Assembly: GCF_030684315.1 (NCBI RefSeq)
Contig: NC_081354.1
Span: 19,338,226-19,402,225, forward strand
DNA from: Stegostoma tigrinum
Taxonomy: Eukaryota
Direction: 5' to 3'
Length of the DNA stretch: 64,000 bases
Below, piece after piece: positions 1 through 11,389 of this stretch (positions are counted from its first letter, which is position 1; each line of letters starts with the position of its first letter). A program made the position numbers and the translations under genes. The notes beneath the pieces were generated by a model. The model was given only the letters and a program-made list of their open reading frames with translations. It was not told the origin of the DNA and did not search any database.

Positions 1-269
1 CAAATGAGATACTGTATTCACAAATGTATTATTTTCAATTATGAGTAAACAAATATTTAACAGAGAGCCTTTATTAAATTATAACTGTAATCAAGGGAAT
101 CAATTAATTCAACATATGTAGTTTTTACTCAATGGATTATTATTAGTTATCTGTTTTACTGCAAGTAGCTATAGATGTAGAGACCACAACTTCATTCAAA
201 ATGTAATTCAATATGCATTTAAAATGGGAGAACATTGAAAGCTGAAGATTAGGGCCAAGAATGAGAGTA

Positions 270-633
270 GAGGTAATGGGAACTGCAGATGCTGGAGAAT
301 CCAAGATAACAAAGTGTGGGGCTAGATGAACACAGCAGGCCAAGCAGCATCTTAGGAGCACAAAAGTTGACATTTTACCCACTCCAACGTACCTGTCCGT
401 CCTCCCCGGACTGACCTATCCCTTCCCTACCTCCCCACCCATACTCTCCTCTCCACCTATCTTCTCCTCTATCCATCTTCAGTCCGCTTCCCCCTCTCTC
501 CGTATTTATTTCAGAATCCTCTCCCCATCTCCCTTTTCTGATGAAGGGTCTAGGCCCAAAACGTCAGCTTTTGTGCTCCTAAGATGCTGCTTGGCCTGCT
601 GTGTTCATCCAGCCCCACATTTTGTTATCATGA
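270..633. mobile_element. Penelope-like (PLE) pseudo-LTR fold-back mini-insertion, family A
   Basis: Inverted arms ~304-373 and ~558-629 (GATAACAAAGTGTGGGGCT...GGAGCACAAAAGTTGAC vs GTCAGCTTTTGTGCTCC...TTGTTATC). Left arm carries an extra ~30 nt tail; pyrimidine-rich spacer. Flanking AATGAGAGTA at 260-269 and 634-643. Confidence 0.8.
538..565 (+). ncRNA. Minimal hammerhead ribozyme motif (degenerate, GAAA->AAAA)
   Basis: CTGATGA-A-GGGTCTAGGCCC-AAAA-CGTC. Sister copies at 12361-12381 and 23736-23756 retain CCCGAAACGTC. Confidence 0.7.
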
Positions 634-834
634 AATGAGAGTACAGTTTAAAAGCCAGTGACAGTAAAAATGGTCCAATAACCTCCTTTGTGCTGGTCTT
701 ATGATTGTACTTTGAAAATGTTTAAAGGAAAAATCAAATGCATTTTTTTGAGCTCATTAAATTAAATTTGCCTTATATTGCTCAGACTCTCCAAATGGCA
801 TCATCTACTCAAATGTTTGCCATTTTATTATGAA

Positions 835-1375
835 CGTAGAACATAGAACAGTATAGCACAGTACAGGCCCTTTGGCCCATGATGTTGTGCTGAACTTTTA
901 CCCTAAATGTAAGGTCTACCTAACTTCCATCCCTATTTTATACTATCATCCACATGCCTTTCAAACAGTTGCTTAAATGCCCCAAATGAGGACGACTCCA
1001 CTACCCTCTTCGGCAATGCATTCCATGCCCCTACCACTCTCTGAGTAAAGAACCTACCTCTGACCTCTTCCCTATATATATCTCCACTCACTTTAAAACT
1101 ATGTCCCCTCATAATAGCTGCCTCCACCCTAGGAAAAAGTCTCTGGCTGTCCACTTTATTTATACCTCTGATCATTTTGTCACCTCTATCAAGTCACCGC
1201 TCATCCTTCGTCGTTCTAAAGAGAAAAGCCCTCACTCACTCAACCTTTCCTCGTAAGGCCATTCCAGGCAACATCCTGGTAAATCTCCTCTGCACCTTTT
1301 CTAATGCTTCCACATCTTTCCTGTAATGAGGCGACCAGAACTGGACACAATACTCCGGATGTGGCCAAACCAGGC
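835..1375 (-). mobile_element. CR1 LINE 3' fragment
   Basis: ORF 933..1175 gives a CR1 ORF2 C-terminus (RGH.FK...FFTQRVVGAWNALP); (TTCTATG)-like 3' tail near 835-850. Confidence 0.9.
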
Positions 1376-1739
1376 TGGAGCGGATAAATCTTTGAATCTA
1401 GTAAAATCTAATTCAATCTCTATGTTAATGCCTACTTTTGGTTTATGCACGTGAATGATTTTATGAGGATGATACTTCAATTTATTCTTCATCTCCTCCC
1501 ATTTTTCATCTACGCATTGCCACACAGTAGTGTCAACCGAAAACACACAACTTGTATGCAGCCAACAGTCAGGTTTATCTCACCGTCACTTCTTTGGCTC
1601 CTCAAGTGTCTCTGAATTGTCACATTGTTTGTCCGCCATCCAGAATAAACTTATTAAAAATCTCCTTTAACTAAATATTGGGAGGGATGAAGCTGTTGGC
1701 TTTGGTCTCAGCATCTCTTTCTCCCCGCCACCCTTACCC

Positions 1740-2720
1740 ACATAGACCTAAAATGATCATTCCTTGTCCATTGTTTCTATCCCTGGTCACTGTCTTAAAC
1801 TCAGCAAGACTATTTACAGCCGCAGCCTTGTGTTCGACAAAATCTTGAGTTTCTGATCAGTTATCTGCATCAGCCCTGGGACCGCTGCTTCCATCTCTTC
1901 AACACTGCTTCAGTCTTATCTTATCTCAATTTGTCTGCTCAACAAAAACAAGGTTGCTGGAAAAGCTCAGCAGGTCTGGCAGCATCTGTGAAGGAAAAGA
2001 CAGAGTTAATGCTTTGGGTCCAGTGGACCTGAAATGTTATCTCTGATTTTTTCCTTCACAGTTGCTGCCAGACCTGCTGAGCTTTTCCAGCAACTTTGTT
2101 TTTGTTTCTGATTTACAGCATCCACAGTTCTTACGTTTTTTTTTCAGTTTGTCTGCTACCCTTTTATCCTCAATTCCTGATTTTGCCAATGCTCTCCTAA
2201 CGGGCCCCCTATCTTATAGCTTTGATAAACTGGTATTCATTCAAAATCCTAATGCTCATATCTTAAATCCTATGTCATACTTATGATTGCTCAGCTGCAC
2301 TGTTACCCATTGTTCACCTTCACTCTTTCCCATTCAGAAATACTCCAGTTTTAAAATCATCACTCTTGTTTTCAAATTCCACCAAGGGTTTACTATTCCC
2401 TATTGTTTGTAGCTTTCTCTAGTCCTACAGTTTAGAGAATTTAATGCTTCTCCAGCTCTGGCTCTTGCACATCCTTCATTTGAATCGCTCAATTTGTGGC
2501 TTTGGTTTCAGTTGCCTTGGTCCCAAGCTGGAACTTCTTTTCTAATTCTCTCCAAATCCTTCTACTTTTGTAAGATGTACATTAAAGCCCAGTGTTTTCT
2601 TTTTCCAAATTCTCGTGATTTCTCCATATGTGAGGCAGTGTCAAAATTGACAAAATATTATTACTCATGGCAGTCTTGGGGAAGCACCTTAAGATGTTTA
2701 TTCTATTAAATGTTCTAGAT
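1740..2720 (+). mobile_element. Old L2 LINE 3' remnant, interrupted by a PLE mini-insertion
   Basis: Degenerate L2 C-terminal coding (DFANALLTGP...DKLVFIQN; FKIITLVFKF). Confidence 0.6.
1940..2143. mobile_element. PLE fold-back mini-insertion, family B
   Basis: Arms AACAAAAACAAGGTTGCTGGAAAAGCTCAGCAGGTCTGGCAGCA / TGCTGCCAGACCTGCTGAGCTTTTCCAGCAACTTTGTTTTTGTT plus a right-hand tail. TSD TCA(A/G)TTTGTCTGCT at 1926-1939 and 2144-2157. Confidence 0.85.
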
Positions 2721-3552
2721 AGCACTCAAACCTTTTACAGAGAAACACTGAAAGGGAGATGGATGATTTCTGTTAGGGAGAGAGGGGGAGGATGGGAACT
2801 TGCCAGGCAAGTGATGTTCATATTCACATTTTTCCACTTGCTTACTTTGCCTGTATGACTGTTCTGCATCAATACATTTGTTTAAATGTCATGTCTAGAC
2901 TTAACTGCAAGATCATTAACTGAAAGAAAGGGAACTTTTTTTAATGTGGAGGGTCATGGAAAACCTGCAAAATCAGTGATAGGAGGCAATCAACAAGGTT
3001 CTGACTGGCAAAGAAATGGATAAAAAAGACTTTGAAAAAAAACATTTGTTGATTATTGCTTTGAGCAGCATTTTTTTGAGATTGTAACTGTTCTGTTCTG
3101 TGATGGTTCATTCACCAATTGTGCTGGTTACACTGTCCCAAGTAAGGTTTAATATTCATCCAGGTTTTTTATATTCATCATCATTTTCTATTTCCAATTT
3201 GAAAAACATTGCTGTGATTTTTTGATAAGTTTGCATTTTACAATGATTTAATGGGCAGCCTGTTGGAGCACAATTTGTCAGTCAGCTGGCTTTAGTTAAA
3301 ATGTAACTTTTAGTGAAAGAAGCTGCTGCTGGAAGCAAGATTTTGAAATGACTTACCATTTCCAAGTTTTATGATAAAATCGTTTCAAGCCTTATCGGGA
3401 GACTATGCATACAGTGCTCTGGCAAATCTTTGTCATTTGGTTATAAGGACCAATTTTAATTTGACACAACTGTTGGTTTTAATCCTGTAGTCCTAGTAAG
3501 ATGGCCAAATAGTGCTTCCCATGCATCATATAAAAAGCATCAGATGTGAGAT

Positions 3553-3624
3553 AACAAGGTGTAGAGCTGGATGACACCTTGTTGTCTCAGATTCTCCAGC
3601 ATCAGCAGTTCCTACATTCTCTGA
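3553..3624. mobile_element. Very short PLE fold-back insertion, family A
   Basis: GAGATAACAAGGTGT...ACACCTTGTTGTCTC hairpin plus tail AGATTCTCCAGCATCAGCAGTTCCTAC; perfect 14 bp TSD ATCAGATGTGAGAT at 3539-3552 and 3625-3638. Confidence 0.8.
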
Positions 3625-4239
3625 ATCAGATGTGAGATTTTGATTTGCAATCCTACCCGCTGATGATATCAGGCCTCAATTCCTTGTACTCTGCTTCATT
3701 CAATGTCACGCTGTGGCATATTCTACAGCATGCAGCATACTACAACCATGCTAGCTACTCTGGCACATGTATACTGTAATACTATTGAAGGGACCTGGTG
3801 TGCAGTTTGAGGATATTGTTCCCCTTAAACCATCCACATTTTGTGGGGTGGGAATAGGAGAGATGAGGCAGGTTTGGCTCCTCACATAAAGACATGCTAC
3901 AGCTGCTTGGAAAGCATAAGCATACATGCAGGAAATTCTTCTTGTGGTCACGTACCAGCTGTACTTTGAAGAAGTTGTAGATCCTATTGTGTATGAACCT
4001 TGTGTTTAAACAATGTTCATGAATGTCTTGATGGATGCACTCGGTTACACCTTGGAACTTCCACACGGTAGAATGTCAAGGGATTGGATGAAGCTATTGA
4101 AGAAGCTTTGGCAATTTACATCTTGTAGATTGTATGTCGCTGTTGAGGGTGAATCTTGAAGCCAAAAGCGTACACATGAAGTGATCAACAAACCAGAATC
4201 TGACAATATGCACCTTGAGGCACGATGTTTCACGTTCAC

Positions 4240-4475
4240 TCAAAAACAGAAGTTGCTGGGAAAACTCAGCTAGTCTGGCAGTGCCAGTCGAGAGAAAGCA
4301 AAGTTAATGTTTCAGTCCAGTGACCCTTCTACAAAATTGAAGATCTGAAGTCAATTATGAAGAAGGGTCACTGGACTCGAAACGTTGACTCTGCTTTCTC
4401 TCCACAGATGCTGCCAGCAATTTCTGTTTTCTTTACAGATTTCCAGCATTCGCAGTTCTTTTCTGTTTTATTTTA
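4240..4475. mobile_element. PLE fold-back mini-insertion, family B, with hammerhead-like core
   Basis: Inverted arms; ATGAAGA-A-GGGTC-ACTG-GACTC-GAAA-CGTT at 4357-4386. Confidence 0.75.
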
Positions 4476-4814
4476 CACCCACGCTGTTAACCTGATTAAA
4501 AAAATCCAAAGCCATCATACCATCAAACACTTTTGTTACAATTCAAGTTATCTGTCCTCAGAAAACTGCTATCTATTTGTTATTGGCTAAATATGATACA
4601 GCGGTAATTGCCAACATGCTACTCCTGTGAGTTCGGAAAAGGGAACATGTATCCAAGAACTTGGGAAGCCATGAGAAAACACATGAATGCAAATCTTTCA
4701 GCGTACATAGACCAATCCTATTTTTTGGATCTGTTTGAAATGCCTTAAATATTAACCTGTGAGGGACAAAATCATTCCTTGTTTGTGTTTTTTCTCTCTT
4801 CAGAGAACCTGTTG

Positions 4815-5165
4815 GTGTAAAATAAGATTATGACAGCCACGGACAAGGTGAATTGAATGTAGCTGTTCCCCTTTAGTCAACGGGTCAGTAACAATGGGGC
4901 ATAATATTAAAGTGAAAGTTTAGAGGGGATTGGATGAAAAACCTTTTCATGCAGAGGGTGAAGGGGTCTGGAATGCATTGCCTGGCAAGAAAGCTAGGCA
5001 GAAAACCTCACAATATTTAAATAAGTACTTGGATGAACGCTTGAAGTTTCATAACAGTAAATGCTATGGGCTTAGGACAGAAGAGTGGGGCTAGTGTAGG
5101 TGGTATTATACTTATGGCAGTACAGACTCAATGAGCTGAAAGGCCTCTATAGTTCTATGATTCCG
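4815..5165 (+). mobile_element. CR1 LINE 3' fragment
   Basis: TTTTCATGCAGAGGGTG...TGGAATGCATTGCCTG motif and CR1 3' UTR/tail. Confidence 0.75.
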
Positions 5166-5439
5166 TGAGAGAACTGTTGTGTAGGTCACTGCAGTGAGTA
5201 CCAAGAAACTCTGTGGTTCACTATGTCGTGCATCAGGCTACAGATATTGAAAATTACAGATTCATGTCTTCACAAAATGTCCTTCACCGCCACTTTTTCC
5301 TACTACCCCTACAATACTGATTCATTTTTCAAACTGCATCACTAAAATGCAGTCAATTTAACTAAAAACAACTTTGATACGGACCATCACTATTTTGAAA
5401 CAAGTTGTTCTCATATTGGTTTACATTAAAGTGAGAAGA

Positions 5440-5710
5440 TATTTCTATACATCTCAGAGTGCACGTTGTAGTGTGGAGACTAATAGGCTGCAACTCTCTT
5501 CTGCAAAAGGCATGGAGACAGAGTCTTTGAATTTTTTTTAAGATTGAAGAGGATAGAATTTTGAAAAACTAGAAGATGAAAGGTTCATAGAGACAGTTGA
5601 GAACATTAGAGTAGAGATTACAATTAGATCAGCCATTATCTTATTGAATGGCAAAGCAAATTTGAGGGGACAAATGGCCTACTCTTGATCCTAATCTGTA
5701 TATTCTTATA
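5440..5710 (+). mobile_element. Old CR1 3' fragment
   Basis: AGATCAGCCATTATCTTATTGAATGGC...AATGGCCTACTC 3' UTR also seen in other copies in this window. Confidence 0.65.
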
Positions 5711-5714
5711 TACA

Positions 5715-6390
5715 CTCCTAATTGCCCTTGAGCAGACAGTAATGACTTGTCTTCTTGAACCACTGCAGCTCATCTTGAGTTAGTTCACTCATAAAGCTAT
5801 TCGTGAGGGTGTTACGGGATTTTGGCTCAATAACAGTGAAGGAACAGTGATAGATTTCCAAGTTAGGAAAGTGTACAACTTCCTAAGAAATTGCTGCCCT
5901 TCTCCTTACAAGTGCTAGAGATTATGGATTTATAGGATGATGTTGAACAAAACTTGTTGAGCTGTTGCTGGGCATCCAGTAGAACTACTGTGGCTACTGT
6001 AGGAAGATAATGGTGAGAGTGGATATTTCAGGTGATGAATGGTATGCCAAGCTTTGAATGCTGCTGAACTTCTTCAGGATTGTTCAAGCAGCCTCCCTTA
6101 AATTGGCTGGTATTCCACCACACTCCTGACTTGTGCTTTGTGAATACTGGAAAGTTTTTGTGGAGTTAATAAGTGAGTCATGCACAGCATAATTCCTAGC
6201 GTTTGATTAGCTCTTGTACCTGCAGTATTTTTATGGCTGGTGCACTTAAGTTTCTGGTCCAGTGTGATCCCAGCATATTGATATTGACATTCAGTGATGG
6301 TGATCCCATAGACTAACAAGGGCACTTTCTTATTGGAGATGTTCATTACCTCGCACTTCTGTGACAAGACTGCCACTTGTCACTTATCAA
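5715..6390 (-). mobile_element. Non-LTR retrotransposon (CR1-clade, second family) 3' fragment
   Basis: ORF 6098..6376: GITLDQKLKCTSH...LGIM...LTPQKLSSIHKAQVRSVVEY, a post-RT region. Confidence 0.75.
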
Positions 6391-6399
6391 TCTGACCTG

Positions 6400-6865
6400 T
6401 ATCAACATGCCTGGATGAGTTCAGCTTAAATACCACTCAAGAAGCTTAGTACCACCCATAAAGTCGCCCATTTGATTGGCACCACATCCATAAATGCTCA
6501 TTTTTCTCCACCATCAAAGCTCAGTAGCAGCAGTGTGTACCATCCACAAGATGCATTGTAAAAATTTACTACGGCTCCTTCGATAGCACCTGCTAAACCC
6601 ACAAACACTGCTGTCCAGAACAATAAGAGCAGCAGATAGGAGGGAAAACCATAAGTTCCTTTCAAAGGCACTCATGATGCTCACTTGGAAACATACCACT
6701 ATTCCTTTACTTAGTCAAAATTCTCGAACTACCACCCTATCGGCACTGTGCACTGAATAGCAATGGTTGAAAAAGGCAGCTCACCATTACCTTCTCAAGA
6801 GCAACTTGGGATAGATAACAAATGCTAGCCCAGTCAGCCAAGCACACATCCCATGAATGAATAGA
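6400..6865 (+). mobile_element. Same LINE family, 3' end in opposite orientation
   Basis: GCCTGGATGAGT...CAAGAAGCTT...CAGTAGCAGCAGTGTGTACCATC...ending CACATCCCATGAATGAAT; complementary to parts of 5715-6090. Confidence 0.7.
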
Positions 6866-7639
6866 AAACCTGAAATGTTGTGCAAACTACTTCATTATCT
6901 GAGGAACATCTCACAATATGTCTATCTTCTCTGATGTTTTTTTGTTCCAGAGCTTAAAATGGCCACTCCATCCCCATTCTAACATTGTGCAATGACTTGT
7001 AGTCTAAGAACAATGTCGGCAACAGAGAACTCACTATGCTTCATCTTATACCGAAATTTCACATCCATTTTCTCCTCCTTACATCCCTTCCAAATTTTTC
7101 TAACTTTGTGGCATTTTCTGTCATATTCTGTTAACCTTAATCCTATGCTTACTACTCCCTGGAAGCTCTCCCCTATATTCTCAAGACTGAGCAGTGAACT
7201 TTAAGGAACAAGCTAGCCTAACAACTAAAGAAAGCAATTGTAATTTTAGAGTGGTTAATCAACAAAGAGAAGGTCCAACATCAAATAAGTTGGTATTGTT
7301 TTCAGGCTGTATATTTGCTTATGTTTTTAAGCTAAAGTTGATCCCAAACCTGCGGTCTTGGCCCTAGACACGCTATGCGATGTGGGGCCCCAGCTATCTT
7401 TTTGTTCATTTTAATTATAAATATATCATCACAATTTTAATTTCCTGGATTTAAAATGTTGAAGCCATTTTAGAGAGGGTTAATTGTTCAGATTACCCCT
7501 TTAGACCTATATGGAAATTCCATTTACCAGCCTTGGTTTGCAACCTTTACCTCATTGAAGTGAAAATCATTCTCCTGACACTTTTGGGGAGTTGTTCAGA
7601 TTTTCACTACTTAGTGCATGAGTAAGTGCCTGCTTATAT

Positions 7640-7780
7640 CAGCACCGAGGAGCTTTGCTCTCAGACTGTAGATATTTTCCTAATCAGCCTGTTCAGAGAT
7701 TATTACCTCTGGCACAGGTAGGACTTGAATCCAATCCTTCTTGGCCAGAGGCAGAGATACGACCATTACTCCACTACCAT
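7640..7780 (-). mobile_element. tRNA-derived SINE remnant
   Basis: Minus strand TAGTGGAGTAATGG (A-box-like) ... GGATTCAAGTCC (B-box-like); related copy at ~43500-43610. Confidence 0.45.
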
Positions 7781-8467
7781 GACACTATTACAGTACAAAG
7801 GCCCCATCTTGCATAATGATTGGACTCACTTATGCTGTACTCTCCACCAGTGGAAAAAAGAACTCATATATCCGAAGTGCTATTATGCGCTGCTGAGTGA
7901 CTTTCTTCTCACCAAAATCACAGAGACTTTTTCTTTATAGTTTCTTTTTCACGTTTTTAAAGACCAACAGTAATCACTCATATAGCTAATGAAATATTTA
8001 TAAGCAACGCCAATTCTGGGCCATACAAACTGTCAAACTCTCCACCGGAGGAAGTCATTTCTCTTTAACTACCTTATTAACTTATTTAATTATCTGAAAC
8101 ACTGCAATTCAATCACCCCCTCACCCTGGACACTCAAGCAAAATACAACCTTAGTTTAGACCACCTGCCCTTCTCATTGGCCCGTTTTATGCATACAGAA
8201 TATTGAAAGCTAAAGAGCTGGAATTTATAATATGCATGAGGGGAAAGCAAAACAGTTATCCTGATATAACATCTCAGTGAATATAATTTACCAAATATAA
8301 TCATATTACATCCAACGATGGAACCACTCATAGAGCTTAATATTATTATAGGCCTAAATTTCCTTCAGCCTAACAACCAAGATTAACCATGGGTGCTTCT
8401 GCTACACCTGTATATTAGCTCAGTTCATTTACATTGTTAAGCTCCAAACTCTAACGGTAGTTTCTCC

Positions 8468-9375
8468 AAAAATTTGCGGATGACACCAAACTTATATAGT
8501 GGACAGTGAAGAAGGTGTCCTAAGATTACAAAGAGATCTTGATCAATTGGATCAATTTGCTGAGGAGTGGCAGATGGAGTTTAATTTGGATAAATGCGAG
8601 ATGTTGCATTTTGGTCAAAAAATAAGACCAGGGCTTATACTATTAAAAGTAGGGCCTTGTACAGTATTATAGAATAGAGAGCTCTGGGCATTCAGCTACA
8701 TAATTCTTTCAAGTTTGTTTCACATGTGGATAGGATAGTTAAGAAAACATTTAGCACACTTGCATTAATTGCTCAGACCTTTGAGTATATGAGTTGGCAT
8801 GTCATGTTGAGATTGTACAGGACATTGATAAGGCCTCTTCTGGGGTATTCTGTCCAGTTCAGGGAAGGCTATTATTAAGCTGGAAATAGTTCAGAAAAGA
8901 TTTCCCAGGACGTTGCTGGGAATGGAAGGTTTGAGTTATAAGGAGAGGCTGGTTAGAATGGGACTTTTTTCATTGTAGCGTAAGAGATTGAGGGGTGACC
9001 TTATAGAGGTTTAGAAAATCATGATGGGTATACATAAGGCGAATGGCAGGTGTCTTTTTCCCTAGACTGGGGGATTTCAAGACTAGGGGACATATTTCTA
9101 AGGTGAGAGGAGAAAGATTTAAAAATGACATGAGGGGCAACCTTTTTACACAGACAGTGTTTCCTGTGTGGAATGAACTTCCAGAGGAAGTGATGGATGT
9201 GGCTACAGTTAAAATGTTTACAAGACATTTGGATAAGTACGTGAATAAGAAATATTTGGAGGGAGGGATATTGGCCAAACGTAGGTAGGTGGGACTAGTT
9301 TAGTTTGGGATTATGTTCAGCATGGACTGGTTGGACCAAAGGGTCTGTTTCTGTTCTCTATAAATCTATGACTCT
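8468..9375 (+). mobile_element. 5'-truncated CR1 LINE
   Basis: Starts at KFADDTK codons (AAATTTGCGGATGACACCAAA), runs through the ORF2 C-terminus (ORF 9043..9288) to a TCTATGACTCTA tail. Confidence 0.9.
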
Positions 9376-11389
9376 AATATCAATATTCACACTTTAACAA
9401 CAGTTAATATTTTAAAATCATCACAAATGGAGAATGCTCGAGAATGTATTAAAGTTAATTATATTCTTCAGGACAGTTCAGTTTTTGTTCTTGAACTATC
9501 ACAATAAATAAAAGATGTCTGAAATGGCAAGTAACTTTTACAAAAATGTTTTTCCTATAGGTGCAGCCAATAGTATGCATGCTTGTATTTAAATTATAAT
9601 TTTAAAATAAATTGGATAGCTTGGAAAATTCTATATCGCATGATCTGCAAGTTCAGGGATAATCTGACAAAACAAACACAATTCCTTCTGCGTTAAAGTT
9701 GTGGAAATCTCAACTCTCTCAATTGATCATTCTACTGAAGAAAATGTCAGTCTGGGCATTTAGTTCAGATTTGAAACTTGACTCTACTTCCAATAAAGCA
9801 TTATTTCTTTTTTCAATTTTATAGCACACAAAAATACACCCGAATTGAGAGCTATTGTAGCAGCGTCGGTATTGTTGTTGATATTGGTTCCTATAGTTTT
9901 ATTTTACAAGAAACAACAGAAAATTCAGAGAAATAGAAGAAATACAACAGCAGTACCAGGTATGTGACCGATAATCATTTATTAAAAGAAAAATATTATA
10001 CTCAAAATTTAACTTTTTCTCTCCACAAATATACTGCCAGACTAGCTGGGTGTTGACAGACTTTTCTTCATTTATCCCCCTCTGTTTCACAAAACCTGTA
10101 GTTGTCAATGTGGCCACTGGGAACATTTACACGTTATGTTCCTGGCTAATTAGTTCTGTTCTATTTTGCAGTTAGAGAGAGTCTGCATCTCATTACGTGG
10201 TTGGTTCGCTGCCACCATTCTCTTTAAGTGTACGCATCTGCAAGGCGTGGGTGGTTTAATTTCTTCTTCAAAGTAGAAGACACAAATTATATATAAAGAA
10301 TAGAGGGCAACTTAAATGATCAATATGCACCAAAAATTTTAAGATGATTAATATTAGCATAGAGAAAATATTGGAGGAACCTGAGGGATTAAAGTTTAAC
10401 GTAGCCCAAGGGTCTGATGGCCTATATCCTCAAGTTCTAAAAGTAAATGTTGTATTGATATGCTGGTTAATATTTCCCAAAATTCCCTATATTATGGGAC
10501 AGTCTCAGCAAATTTGAAATTTTCAAATGTAACATCACAATTCAAGAAAGGACTGACAGAGGAAATAGAGATACAGGGTAGTTGACCTGACCTGGCCTCA
10601 GCTGTTAGGAAATGTTGAAAACTATTTTTAAGGAAATCTTTACAATACACTTTAAAAATCACAATATGCTCACATAAAGTGAACATCCAGTGGCAAAAGG
10701 AAAATTGTTTCTGTCAATTTTATTACAGATCTTTGAACCCATAGATGTATTATATCAGGATTTCCAAAAGACATTCAATAAGATGCCATATAAAACTTTT
10801 GTTGTAATAAATGAGCATAGACAGAGCATTGATTCATGAATAAGAGGCAAATAGTAATGACATATGGGAAATCTTCAAGTTTTTAGGCTGTGTCTGATGG
10901 AAAGTCACAAGGAAAAGTATGAGGACCTCAGATATTTACAATCAATATTGAAGATTTAGATGAATAGGAAGAGAGCATGTTTCTAAGTTTCAGGATAATG
11001 TAAAGCTAGTGGGAATGCAAGCTGCAAGCACACAGTGAGATATAAAGCATTATAGACAGGTTTAGTGAGTGGGCAACAAGATAGCAGATAGAGTATTATG
11101 TGAGAGAGAGCAAAATTATTCACTTCAGTTGTAAAAGAAAGGCTGTATTTTTTTAAAAGTCAAGAAACGTTTAAAGAAACTTGTTTGTATTTGTACAAGA
11201 AACATCAACACTTAACATACAGGTGCAACAAGCAGTTGGGAAAGCAAATGGCATATTGTTCTTTATTGAAAGGTTTTGGAGAGAAGGAATAACAAAGTCT
11301 TGCCACAACTATACAGGACTTTGCGACTACTCCCAGGACTCTGTGCACAGTTTTGCCTTCCATATTTAAAAGATATACTTGCATTACAT

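Noticed and set aside
270-633. Fold-back elements as MITEs, miRNA genes or terminators
   Set aside because: Arms are asymmetric, junctions vary, TSDs are 10-16 bp and they contain PLE-type hammerhead cores; the sequence is eukaryotic.
3357-3492. Minus-strand coding exon ending ATG|GTAAGT
   Set aside because: Good donor, but weak acceptor and stops in all frames tested.
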